Assembly (NCBI GenBank): GCA_965224085.1
Contig: CBDCYI010000004.1
Coordinates: 1,792,001 to 1,856,000 of the forward strand
DNA from: Candidatus Marinacidobacterales bacterium
GTDB lineage: Bacteria; Acidobacteriota; Vicinamibacteria; Marinacidobacterales; SMYC01
Direction: 5' to 3'
DNA length: 64,000 bases
Positions 31,517 to 42,072 of the stretch are shown in pieces. Under the pieces are notes generated by a model, which had not been told where the DNA came from, made no database searches, and saw only the letters and a list, made by a program, of their open reading frames with translations. A program made the translations under genes and the position numbers. Each line of letters starts with the position of its first letter. Position 1 is the first letter of the stretch.

Positions 31517-32762
31517 GTCGAGTAGCTCAGCCATTCGGCTTTCGCCCTCACAGATCCGAGCGTGCGGCTTTCCCGCACTCGGCTCCTCCTGAAGGTATAC
31601 CCGAAATCAGACAAGGCAAGGTAGTCGGGACGGAGTGAGGTGAAGGACTGGTAGGGGAAAGCGCTCCAACAACAAGTGAAAACGAGGCCAGGTCATTCGG
31701 CGCTGACTCCGCCGACGAAGGCTTCGAAACCACAACCGTGTCACCTCCTCAGAAAAGGATTGGAGAGAGCGGATGTTGCTGGGAAGTCCGTAGTACGCGT
31801 AGTGACCGCGCAGCACCTGGCAAAGCCAGCGATGCTGGACGGCGACTGGAGCATGCATACGTTGCTTCGCGCGAAGCCGTAGCGACTTGAGTTTGGCTCG
31901 TAGCCGCTGGCTCTGCGTTTTGCGCTTCACGACGAAACGGCCATCGCGGGTTCTCCCACAATAATGAGTGAAACCCAGGAAAGCGAACGTCGCACACCGC
32001 CGAAGGCCCCGTTGCTCGCGTGACAAGGAAGGTAATCTCCCGAACTCGAGCAAACGGGTCTTGTTCTCGTGGAGCGCAAGCCCGAATCGGGCTAGTCGCT
32101 CCTTGAGCGCTCTCATCATCCTGCTGGCATCGGTCCGATGCTGGAAGCCCATGACGAAGTCGTCAGCGTATCGCACGATGGAAATACGGCCTTGTGCTTC
32201 GAGCCGGCGCCATCGATGAACCCACAGATCTAGAACGTAGTGCAGAAAGACGTTAGCCAAGAGCGGGCTCACACCTGCCCCTTGCGGTGTCCCTTCAGTT
32301 GTCTCGCTCCACTCTCCTTTCTCCAGTACGCCGGCTCGCAACCACTGACGGATGAGTCGAAGGATGCGTTTGTCGGCGACCCGGTGCGAAAGCATCCGCA
32401 TCAACCACTCGTGGTCCACCGAGTCGAAGAACTTGCGGATGTCCGCGTCGAGAACCCAGTTCACGCGTTGCGTCATGAGCGCGGTGTGGAGCGCGTGCAA
32501 CGCTTGGTGCGGGCTCCGTCCGGGCCGAAACCCGTACGAGAACCCGATGAAATCGACTTCGTAGACGGCGCTCAAAACCTCGGCTACCGCTCCTTGGACA
32601 ATCTTGTCTTCCAGTGCGGGGATGCCAAGAGGGCGCTTTCCGCCATCCGACTTAGGAATGTACACGCGCCGCACCGGTAGTGGTCGGTAGCGACCGGCGT
32701 GTACCCGCGAGCAAAGATCCTTGATGTTGCTCACGAAGTTCTTCTCGTAATCGGCGAAGTTG
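31517..32762 (-). mobile_element. Group II intron, 5'-truncated (domains I-III lost)
   Basis: Domain V GAGCCGAGTGCGGGAAAGCCGCACGCTCGGATC and domain VI ending CTACTCGAC on the minus strand, downstream of the RT ORF. Confidence 0.9.
31607..32760 (-). pseudogene. ltrA: Group II intron reverse transcriptase/maturase, N-terminally truncated, no endonuclease domain
   Basis: RRVYIPK..RPLGIP.LEDKIVQ, SYGFRPGR, DADIRKFFD, GTPQG..SPLLAN, RYADD, FLGFTH, LRGHYAYY. Confidence 0.9.
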
Positions 32763-33045
32763 GATCTCCGTCGCGATCGAAGTCTGGTCTCGACTCTGGC
32801 CCTCCACGAGCTTCGCGGAGTCGGACGTCGAAGCTACCGGAACACCCTTGCCCTCTTGCGCGATGTCGCGAACCGGATGGATTTCGAGCGTCTTCCCCTT
32901 ATCGTCACTGACGGATTCGATTTCTACGAGAAGGTGGTGCGTCGCATCTTCGGACCGGCGGCTCTCTACGGCCAAGTGCTCAAGACACGAAGAAATGATC
33001 GCATCGTGAAGGTCGAACGACGAGCATTGATGGGCGCCGGGACGC
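32763..33045 (+). mobile_element. Internal fragment of an IS1-like transposase
   Basis: LPLIVTDGFDFYEKVVRRIFG..LYGQVLKTRRNDRIVKVERR. Confidence 0.55.
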
Positions 33046-33841
33046 GCTCTACGAAGCGGGGCGAAGGAAGGACTTCTTTGGGGTGGATATCCCGCGCTGC
33101 TCTCGATTCCCGAAGACGAGGAGCGACGTGCATGGCTTCGTGATTATCGTCGAACCTACTTGGAACGTGACCTTGCTGATCTGGGGCAAGTCGCCGATCT
33201 CGATCGATTCGCCATGGCGCAGGATCTCGTGGCACTTCGTACGGGGCAGCTTCTGTCGTACTCCGATGTCGCTCGAGATTTAGGCGTCGCTCCCAACACG
33301 CTAAAACGATATATTCGTTTTCTCGAAATCTCGTACCAGGTCTATCTACTGCGTTCCGTGGCATCGACACGCCGGGAAGCGCTTGGTCAAAAGTCCGAAA
33401 ATCTATTGGACCGATACCGGGCTAGTGCGTGTCTTGGGCGGTTCGTCAGGCATCGCCCAAGGAGCTTTGTTCGAGACGTTCCTGCTCGGTGAGCTTTTGA
33501 AGTGGCGGTCGTTTCAGCCCGATCCGCCGGAGCTCTATTTCTTTCGCACGGGCGCAGGGGCGGAAGTAGATTTCCTCCTTGTCGGCCGAAAAACTGTCCT
33601 CGCCATTGAGGCGAAGTCATCGAATCGGATCACGCCACATGACGCGCGGCACGTGTCTGATCTGCTCGATGATTCCGATGCGCAGCTTCCACACGCGTCG
33701 GTCCGCGTTGGGTTGGTGGTCTACCCCGGGCGTGAGATCCATGACCTGCGGCCGAACGTTTGGGCCGTTCCGGATTGGATGCTATTTGCCTCATGGGAGC
33801 AGGCTTTCTGGGGCGAGACACGGCGAGGGCGCAAGAAATAG
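33046..33841 (+). pseudogene. AAA_14/DUF4143 ATP-binding protein, 5'-truncated and frameshifted
   Basis: GGYP, TYLERDL, LSYSDVARDLGV, VKSPKIYWTDTGL, GALFETF, GAEVDF..AIEAK. Confidence 0.8.
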
Positions 33842-33869
33842 TGGCCTCCTTCACCGTGAAGACGACTCA

Positions 33870-33985
33870 AGGTTGTCCGGAATCCGTTGCTCTGCCTGAA
33901 GCCGTTTCGTCTTCCAGGGCGGAAGCATGGATGGCGTTGAACAACAGCTTGTACGTGTTGAGGGATTGAGCCCTGAACTGGGGCT
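33870..33985 (-). pseudogene. C-terminal tail of an M14-type peptidase
   Basis: PQFRAQSLNTYKLLFNAIH..* resembles the conserved 'P.FRAQ...T.KLLFNA' tail. Confidence 0.45.
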
Positions 33986-34132
33986 CGCCGAGACAGTGGA
34001 TCGCCCATCACCGCGTGCGATGCCGCGGTAAGCTTCGCGGAGCACGATCTTCATGAACGCCGCATGTCTCCGTCTCTTGATGTCAGCGATATTACATCCA
34101 CCTATCGAGTGAAGGCTCACCGCTTCATCCAA
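33983..34132. repeat. 150-bp dispersed repeat containing the 5' end of the deaminase gene (copy B)
   Basis: Near-identical to 39351-39499; central ~85 bp match 25431-25516. Confidence 0.9.
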
Positions 34133-34458
34133 GGATCACTTGCACAACTTTGGATCACTTCCTTGGCTACCCCCATGCCTTCGAGGGCATGGGTGTGTGC
34201 AACCGCACAATAGCGGCAGTCATTTTGCATGGCAATCGTCATGGAGATCATTTGCTTCACGGTAGCAGGAAGCTGTCCCTGCAACAGCAGTCCTTTGAAC
34301 AGCCCCCAGGTAGCTTCCAGAATATCCGGCCGCCCGGATTGAGCGGTAAACAGATTGAGGGGGATGTCTTCGCCCAAACCGTGCTCGACGATTTCCTTAT
34401 AGAGAGATCCCAGTTTGGGGTTATCGGAGGGATCTCTGATTTGGTTGAAACGTGACAT
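34133..34458 (-). pseudogene. Carboxymuconolactone decarboxylase/AhpD-family protein, 3'-truncated by the repeat
   Basis: KQMISMTIAMQNDCRYCAVAH (CxxCxxxH); good RBS; similarity ends at the repeat edge. Confidence 0.75.
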
Positions 34459-34671
34459 CGTTTCCCCCTTTCAATGAGGGTGTCCTTGGTTCATGAGGAG
34501 CAGCGTACGGACCGACAGGAGTTTTCGTACGGAAAGGACAGTAGCACAAACGAGGTTCACGAAGCGAAAGGGGACAGCGCTAGCGGCTGCGCGTCGTCGT
34601 GCGGTCACTCCTCGCGACTCGAATGCCGCATTCAGATACCACCCCGAATCCGGCTTTCGATCCCTCTATTC

Positions 34672-35409
34672 TCAGGAGGCGAAAACTTTCTTGGGCTCGA
34701 CGAGGGAGGCGGACTTGCTCTTGAGCAATTCTGTTAGTCCCAGGAAACGCTCGGCAGCGGCTCTCGAAATGAGGTCGCGGCAGAATACAACGATGACGAT
34801 CATCTCGCCGCCCGAGTATGCGCCTCCCATGCCGAAAACGCTTTTGACCTTGTAGTCGGAAACAAAATCCTGTGCCGCGATGATCTTTCTTCCCTGGTCA
34901 TCGGTTGCTTCCGCGGCGTTGTCCACGAAAAACAAGCCCGCCGTACCGCCGATGGTCTCTACGATGATTTGTGCGTCGTGGCTATCGACCCAGTCCAAGG
35001 GCACCCCAAGCTCTTTGAGCAGGCGCGAGATCATCGGGACCGCGCCGACGAAAGACGAGGACATCAAGGGTATTCCGACGTGGCCTTTGGATTTACGCCG
35101 GTCCGTCCAGTCCTTTTCCTGGCCATGGGTGCCAACAAGCGACAGGACAGGCGTGCTCGCCTTCAGATCGGATCCCGAACCTGCCGATTCCGCCAGTTTT
35201 CGAACGAATTCCTGGTTCGTCGCGGGCAGCTCGCCGAAAGGAACCGTCACAAAGATCCGGGCGATAACAATCGACTCGTCGAGATGCGTATGCAGCGCAG
35301 TGGCCAACTCCTGCGCAGCTTCTTCCAGGTAGCTCGCTTGCTGCGCCCTTGACTCGACGCGCGACCATATTTCGTTAACGGTCGACGAAGTTGCTTGGTC
35401 GATTCTCAT
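34672..35409 (-). CDS. Hypothetical protein (possible GAF-like fold)
   Basis: AGGAGG RBS; globular 245 aa ORF with W.DRRKSKGH.GIPL and VKSVFGMGG. Confidence 0.75.
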   Translation of the reverse strand: MRIDQATSSTVNEIWSRVESRAQQASYLEEAAQELATALHTHLDESIVIARIFVTVPFGELPATNQEFVRKLAESAGSGSDLKASTPVLSLVGTHGQEKDWTDRRKSKGHVGIPLMSSSFVGAVPMISRLLKELGVPLDWVDSHDAQIIVETIGGTAGLFFVDNAAEATDDQGRKIIAAQDFVSDYKVKSVFGMGGAYSGGEMIVIVVFCRDLISRAAAERFLGLTELLKSKSASLVEPKKVFAS

Positions 35410-35476
35410 GCTCGTTCCTCCTTGCATTCGGACAGTGACGAGGGCTTCACCCTACGACGGTCCGTGAACGGAAACA

Positions 35477-36313
35477 TCAGGTAACTCCTGCCTGACGGGC
35501 GAGATCGCCCGCGGCTTCGTTCAAGGAGCCCTGGCGATAACCCTGTAGGTCGACGGTGACATAAACGAAGCCTTCTTCCCGAAAGCGTCGGGTGATCTCG
35601 TTACGCATCTCGGGAGCCGTCAACCGCGATAGCTCCTCGGGAGCGACCTCGACCCGGGCGAGCGTGTCGTGGTAGCGGACGCGGTAGACGCGGAAACCGA
35701 GCTCTCGAAGCACGCGCTCGCAGCGCGCGATCTGAGTAAGACGTTCCGTGGTGATTTGGGTGCCGTACGGAAACCGACTCGACAGACACGCCAAGGCAGG
35801 TTTGTCCCAAACGGGAAGATGAATCGAGCGGGCCGCTTCCCGGATGTCCGCCTTGGTGAACCCCAGCTCGTCGAGAGGGGAGCGCACGCCGAGCTCGCGT
35901 GCGGCTTGGCGGCCGGGACGCCGATCGCCTCGGTCGTCGACATTGAAGCCGTCGAGCACGTGGGGAATTCCTAGACGAGTGGCGCGCTCAACGGCCTTAC
36001 CGTACACCTCTGTCTTGCAGAAGTAGCAGCGGTTGACCGGGTTGGCGGCGTAGCGCGGATCGTCGAGCTCATAAGTTTCGACGAGGAGGTGGCGCGCGCC
36101 CAGTTGGCTGGCCAACCGCTTCGCGTCTGCACCCTCCTCCTGAGCGAGGCTGGGGGAGACAGCCGTCAGCGCCACCGCGTTCCGGCCCAAGACACCGACC
36201 GACTCGGCGAGCAGGAAGCTCGAGTCCACGCCTCCCGAGAAACAGACCACCACCTGCTCCATCTCCCGAAGCAGGTCTCGAAGCTGCCCGACCTTGGTCT
36301 CTAACGAATGCAC
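35477..36313 (-). CDS. larE: ATP-dependent sacrificial sulfur transferase LarE (TIGR00268 PP-loop)
   Basis: FSGGVDS, NRCYFCK, RPGRQAA, WDKPALACLSSRFPYG, RVRYH, DLQGYRQGSLN. Confidence 0.9.
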   Translation of the reverse strand: MHSLETKVGQLRDLLREMEQVVVCFSGGVDSSFLLAESVGVLGRNAVALTAVSPSLAQEEGADAKRLASQLGARHLLVETYELDDPRYAANPVNRCYFCKTEVYGKAVERATRLGIPHVLDGFNVDDRGDRRPGRQAARELGVRSPLDELGFTKADIREAARSIHLPVWDKPALACLSSRFPYGTQITTERLTQIARCERVLRELGFRVYRVRYHDTLARVEVAPEELSRLTAPEMRNEITRRFREEGFVYVTVDLQGYRQGSLNEAAGDLARQAGVT

Positions 36314-36321
36314 CGCGCTGA

Positions 36322-36350
36322 AGTGTAGTCAAGAGATCCCGCCCAGTCAA
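36322..36350 (-). promoter_or_regulatory. Sigma70 promoter for larE, probably leaderless
   Basis: TTGACT-17 nt-TACACT ending 8 nt before GTG 36313. Confidence 0.6.
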
Positions 36351-36441
36351 CGGCGCGGATCACCGGGCCAGATTGACGAGATGGGATGGACGGGCGGCCT
36401 CGATGGCGTTTCGGACTATAAAGAATAAATCGAAGCTGCTG

Positions 36442-37839
36442 TTATAGCCCCGCTCGGTACGCGTTCCAGAGTGCGATGAGCTCGGTCTTGACCTCGGGGT
36501 GACGAGCGGACAGCTCCTCCGTCTCTCCAGGATCTTGGACGAGCTGATACAACCGCCAGTCCGGCGGCGCGGCGTCGGGAGAAGCCGGCCGACCGCGCCT
36601 CTCTTTGATGATCTTCCACTCCCATCGAACGAGCGCGGCCTGTCGGTCCGTCGTCATCCACGGGATCGCGTCGAGTTTCCCATGAACGGGCTGCTGGCTG
36701 CCGCGCACACGCTGCCAGAACGATCGGCCGCGGATCGGTAGAACCTTACGGTCGTGAAACTCGGTTCCGGGAAGTCGTGCTCCGGTGATATCGAGAAGCG
36801 TCGGCAAGACGTCCATCATCGTCAAGTAGCTCCGATCGACGCCGCCACGATCGGCCACCGAGCTGTGCGTTAAGAACGCCGCCGCCAAGGTGCCGCCTTC
36901 GTGCAGAGATCCTTTCACGTCGCGATAAGGTGCGGTTGCCGCTTCCGCCCAGCCCCGGCCAATGGCGACGAACGAGCCTTCACGTCCCATGTTCGGCAAG
37001 CTCGAGTCGTAGTCCGTCCTCGGGAGCGTCGTCGGCCGAAAGCTCGCGTCGCTTCCGGAAGAGCCGTTGTCGGAGAAGAAGAGAATCACCGTGTTCTCGT
37101 ATTGCCCGCTTTCTTTCAAGTAGTCGACCACGCGGCCGACGTGGAAGTCCATGTTCTCCACCATGCCGGCGTAGAGCTCCATCGCACGGGAGTAGATTCT
37201 CTTGGACTCCTCGTCCAGCGCGTCCCACGCCTCGGCTTGTCCCCGGAAGCTTTCGAGGTCGAGCGCCTCGGGCAACACGTCGAGCTCCCGAGCGCGCGCG
37301 TGACGCGCTTTTCGAAACAGGTCGTAGCCTTCGTCGTAGCGCCCGGCATGCCGGTCGATCCAGTCTTCCGGTAATTGAAGCGGCCAGTGGGGTGCGGTGA
37401 GCGCCAGGTAGCCGAACCAGGGAGTGCCATCGCCTTCGTTAGCTCGGATGTAGTCGAGAAGCTTGTCGGTGTAGAGCTTAGAGGAGAACCACCCGTTTGG
37501 AAGTCGGTCGACGGGCGTGCCGTTCTCGCGGTAGGCGACGTCCTCATCGGGAAAGATGCTCGCGCCGAGATGGTTGTCGCCGGCGCGCACGAGCGCGAAA
37601 GAAGACTCGAAGCCGCGCGCTCGAGGGCTTTGCGCGTTCTCGTGCCCGAGGTGCCATTTGCCCGCCATGTAAGTGTGATAGCCCGCGTCGCGAAGGAGTT
37701 GCGGGAGCGGCGCGACGTGGTCGGCGAGCGCGCCGCCGCGTCCTCGGACACCGGCTTCCCAGCTCGTCACGCCCGACATCAACATCGCGCGAGACGGGCC
37801 GCAGCTCGGCGCGGCGTGGAAGTTCGTCAAGCGCACACC
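36442..37839 (-). pseudogene. Arylsulfatase, 5' end removed at the IS boundary
   Basis: CGPSRAMLMSG (CxPxR), GKWHLG, APHWPLQ, SDNG; the N-terminal DD metal motif and signal peptide are absent and not found beyond the IS. Confidence 0.85.
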
Positions 37840-39095
37840 TGTCCCTTCTATTTATTCATCCGCGGGCGTCGTTATTGATTTTCTCGCACGTCGACGTCAG
37901 TATCCCGGCATGATTTGGTCGCTTCTCTGCTCGCTCATCGCGGCTTTCAAAACGCGTCGTTCACTGGGTCTTGAAAATCTCGCTCTGCGCCAGCAGCTCG
38001 TCGTCCTCCTACGGTCGGTGAAACAACCGCGGTTGTCGAATGTGGACCGTGGTTTCTGGGTGCTGTTGCGAAGATTCTGGACCGACTGGACTAGGGTTCT
38101 CGTCATCGTGAAGCCCGAGACCGTTGTCCGGTGGCACCGCTCCGGGTTTAAACGCTACTGGACATGGAAGAGCCGGAGGCGTCGGCCGGGTCGACCCGGC
38201 GTCGCTCCCGAAGTACGCGAGCTGATCCGGGATATGAATCGAGCCAATCCGCTCTGGGGAGCGCCTCGAGTGCACGGCGAGCTCACGAAGCTTGGCATAT
38301 CCATTTCCCAGGCCGCGGTGTCCAAGTACATGATTCGGCATCGAAAACCACCGTCTCAGACGTGGCGGAGCTTTCTCGACAACCATGTCAAGGACTTGGT
38401 ATCGGTCGATTTCTTCACGCTTTTAACCGCCACGTTTCGAGTTCTCTTCGTCTTCATCGTTCTCCGTCACGATCGGCGACGGATCGTTCACTTCAATGTC
38501 ACAGACCACCATTCTGCAGAGTGGACCGCGCAGCAGATCGTCGATGCCTTTCCCTGGGAGAGTGCTCCTCGCTTCATGCTGCGAGACCGAGATGGAGTCT
38601 ATGGTCCGTACTTCAGCCAGCGAGTCGCAGGAATCGGCGTCGACGAGGTTCGGACGGCGCCGCGCTCGCCATGGCAAAATCCATTCGTCGAAAGAGTCAT
38701 TGGTACCATTCGCCGCGACTGTCTCGACCACGTGATCGTTCTAAACGAGCGGCACCTGAGGCGAATCCTACGCGAATATGTCGACTACTATCTTTCCTGC
38801 CGGACTCATTTGTCGCTCCAGAAGGATGCACCCGAGACACGACCTGTGCAGCGGCCCTCGATGGGGCGAGTGATAGTCGTTCCCAAGGTCGGCGGCCTCC
38901 ATCATTATTACAGTCGCTGCGCAGCCTGAGCTCGCTGGTTTTATGACGCGATGCCTTGCGCGAGTACGGCGCGCCGTCTTGCGCTGGCTCCTATCTCGCG
39001 ATACCGCGACGCCGACCCAAACATTCAACGCACGGAACACGCTGTTTGGGTCAAAGGCGGCTCGAGGAGCGCGGATCGAGTTTATGGAAGGCACA
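37840..39095 (+). mobile_element. IS481-like (integrase-core) insertion sequence
   Basis: TGT...ACA ends with imperfect IRs (TGTCCCTTCTATTTATTCATCCGCG / TGTGCCTTCCATAAACTCGATCCGCG); no target duplication. Confidence 0.8.
37910..38929 (+). CDS. Integrase-core (rve) transposase
   Basis: WGAPRVHGEL, VDFF, RDRD..YG, SPWQNPFVERVIGTIRRDCLD, GGLHH.Y. Confidence 0.9.
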   Translation: MIWSLLCSLIAAFKTRRSLGLENLALRQQLVVLLRSVKQPRLSNVDRGFWVLLRRFWTDWTRVLVIVKPETVVRWHRSGFKRYWTWKSRRRRPGRPGVAPEVRELIRDMNRANPLWGAPRVHGELTKLGISISQAAVSKYMIRHRKPPSQTWRSFLDNHVKDLVSVDFFTLLTATFRVLFVFIVLRHDRRRIVHFNVTDHHSAEWTAQQIVDAFPWESAPRFMLRDRDGVYGPYFSQRVAGIGVDEVRTAPRSPWQNPFVERVIGTIRRDCLDHVIVLNERHLRRILREYVDYYLSCRTHLSLQKDAPETRPVQRPSMGRVIVVPKVGGLHHYYSRCAA

Positions 39096-39350
39096 GGCGT
39101 CAACGTGGTGGGTTGACGCCTCAGCGTCAACCCGGACACTGGCTCGGCGCCAGGCGCAAGACGCTCACTCCCGCTCGCCCCTCAAATCATTGCCATCACG
39201 AGCTCACAAGCGCCGCTGCAACGCGCCGGCGGTTATTCGAAAGCCGATAGGATTCGGTTCATGATCTGCAGGTTCGAGAGCTCGTTCTTGTCGCGCTGCA
39301 CTAAGGACACCTACATCGAGTCGGTCGAGGAATAAACGGCATCCCGTTGA

Positions 39351-39499
39351 GCTCGCCGAGACAGTGGATCGCCATCACCGCGTGCGATGCCGCGGTAAGC
39401 TTCGCGGAGCACGATCTTCATGAACGCCGCAACTCTCCGTCACTTGATGTCAGCGATATTACATCCGCCTATCGAGTGAAGGCTCACCGCTTTATCCAA
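39351..39499. repeat. 149-bp dispersed repeat containing the 5' end of the deaminase gene (copy C)
   Basis: Near-identical to 33983-34132, same orientation. Confidence 0.9.
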
Positions 39500-39609
39500 A
39501 GCGGCGCGTTCCCGCGAACTCATTTTCGCCATGCGTCCTCAACACGTTAAAGGAACCGTTCACCGCTACGCAACGGCAAGACCCGCGTCCCCACCGACGG
39601 TTGAACGTG

Positions 39610-41184
39610 TCAGCCGGCGAAACGGCGCGCCGCTTCGCCGCGCTGCAGTTTGCCGCTCGACGTTCTCGGTAGCGAGCCCGGGTCGAGCAGCTGGATCCGA
39701 CAAGGCACGATGCCCGTTTGTGCGGAGAGGATGTCTCTGATCGCCACCCGCGCCCATTCGCTGGAAGTGTCTCTCTATCGGCGTCTCACTTCGGCCAGAA
39801 TACAGAACTCATCACCCTGCTCCGTCACGATGCCGACGGCGGCGACGTTTCCGATGCCTTCCAAACTGGCGACGATCTCTTCGAAGTGCTCTGGCGCATA
39901 GTTCGTTCCGCGCACCACGATCCTGTCGCGGTTGCGGCCCGTCAGAAAAAGCTCGCCGTCCTCGACAAACCCCTCGTCTCCCGTATCGAGCCAGCCGTCT
40001 TTCAATACGCGCCGCGTTGCATCCGGGAGGCCAAGATAGCCGGACATGAGCGATGGGCCGGAAACGAGTATCTTGCCGACGCCACCGCTCGCCCCACCCG
40101 AAATGCGCACACGAAAATCTCCGAGCGGCGGGCCCGCGCTCACGAGCGTGCGCCCCTCAAACGCGCGAGTGCGATAACTACCGCGGATCGAAGAACAGGT
40201 CACCGCGAGTCCCGCTTCAGCGATCCCGTAAGCTGGCGTCAGGGCGTTGTCTCTCAAACCGTAGGGACGAAAACGTTCGAGGAATCGTTCGAGTGTTTTA
40301 GGCGTCACCGACTCAGCGCCGTCGAGCGCCAGAAGCCAGCTGGACAGGTCCACACCTTCGAGCTCGTCGTCACGAACGCGATCCACACAAAGTGCATAGC
40401 CGAAATGAGGTGCAGGGCTGACGCTCGCGCGGTGTTTCGAGATCGTTTGCAGCCATCGCGCGGGGCGAGCCACAAACAGCTCGGGCGTCATCAAAGTGAG
40501 CGGCCCCGGTCGTACGAGCGACGTGAGAAGCGCACCGACGAGTCCCATATCGTGGTAGAGGGGCAGCCATGACACCGCGCTGTGCCTGAAGCCGTTATCT
40601 TCCGGGTAGGCCTTCAAGAGCTCGTCCAGGATCGCGCGAACGTTCGCGAGAACCTGCTCGTGGGTCAGACCGATGGGCTTGGCTACGTCTGTCGTCCCCG
40701 ACGTAAACTGCACGAGGGCGAGGTCCATCGGCGCGACCGGCACCGGCGCGGACCGACGGCGCGGAAGGTCTTGAAGCAAAAAGACACCGAGCTCGCAAGC
40801 CTCTCTCGGAATGGCGCCTTGTGCTCGCTCCGAAGCGATCGCGAGACGCGCCCCGCAGCCATCGATCATAAAAACCGCGGCGCGGGCATAGTCGCTCCTC
40901 CCGCCCAAGCGGCGCGGTTGGGGCAACGCGGCTGGGACCGCACCGGCGAAAAGCGCCCCGAAAAAAGCTTCATAAAAGGCAAAGCTCGCGGGAACGGCAA
41001 TCGCGACCCGGTCCGAAGCTTCGACGCCGAGCATCCGGAGCGCCCCGGCAACTTCGAGCGCGCGCTCGACAATCTCGGCATAGGTGCAATGGGACTCCTC
41101 GCGTCGGCCGACGAACTGCACGCCGAGCCCGACTCGACTCGCGGCGAGCTCCAGGCACGCGGGAAGTGTGTCCGGGCCTCTCAC
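39610..41184 (-). pseudogene. Fatty acyl-AMP ligase with an in-frame TAG at 39775-39777
   Basis: QFTSGTT..K, SWLPLYHDMGL, AYGIAE, WLDTGDEG; the frame continues past the TAG to LPRTSSGKLQR and TGA at 39610. Confidence 0.85.
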
Positions 41185-41194
41185 AAGGCGGAGA

Positions 41195-41947
41195 GCCTGG
41201 CGAAAAACGACGTGGTCCCAGTTTCTTCGCACCCACTGGGATACCCTCGCCGCAGCTGACTTCTTCACGACCGAAATCTGGACTCCCGTAGGCCTCGTCA
41301 CGTTCTACGTCTTCTTCGTGATTCAGATCAAGTCTCGTCGGGTTCACATCGCGACGCCGACACCGAACCCGGATCGGGTCTTCATGAAACAGGTCGCGCT
41401 CGACGTCACCGCGTTCGACGACAGCTTTCTCCGAGGCTACTCGCACCTCATCATCGACCGAGATTCGAAATACACAACGGGGATTCGAGAAATTCTGGGG
41501 GCGAACGACGTCGACGCCGTCCCGATTCCTCCGAAATCCCCGAGCGGAGCGCTTCGTTCGTTCGATCAAAGAAGAGTGCCTGGACCGGATGATCTTGTTT
41601 GGTCGAAGCGCGCTGGAACGCGCCCTCCGCGAATATCGGCTCCATATCTGCGCGAGAGAAATCACCAGGGTGTCGGAAACAAAATGCTCGGTTCCGAGTC
41701 CACAAGGTCCGCCTGGGCCCAGCATCCAGTGCCGCGAGCGACTCGGTGGGCTGCTTCGTTACTATTATCGTGCGGCGGCCTCAGCAGAACGTTGGAATGA
41801 TGCCGTCGTCGAACATCTCAACGCGTGGAGCTTTGTCGGCCAGCTCTGCCGGGTGGCCCAACGCCGAATCCTTCGCACGGCCCGGCGCCGATCGCGTCCT
41901 CCCGTCATGCCCGAACGTCGAGCTCGACGCACCTTCTGCACCGTACG
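41195..41947 (+). mobile_element. Degenerate integrase-core IS remnant (5'-truncated, frameshifted)
   Basis: TWSQFLRTHW..AADFFT, IIDRDSKY, RERLGGLLRYYYR. Confidence 0.75.
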
Positions 41948-42072
41948 GGGTTTCGGCTCCTGGTCGAGATTTTTCTCGAATTCCTTTCTTCCGCTACGTA
42001 CATCGTCTCAGAAATTTCTCCAAACAAGTTTTTTCGTACAACCTCCAACGTAACGTTTCAGCGGCCGCGAGG

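Noticed and set aside
34620-34650. Sigma54-like TGGTATCTGAATGC upstream of the AhpD gene
   Set aside because: GG-to-GC spacing is 9 rather than the required 10.
31607-39499. RT plus near-identical 150-bp repeats as a diversity-generating retroelement or retron
   Set aside because: The RT is followed by canonical group II intron domains V/VI. Repeat differences are not adenine-specific, and there is no Avd or target ORF at a repeat's 3' end.
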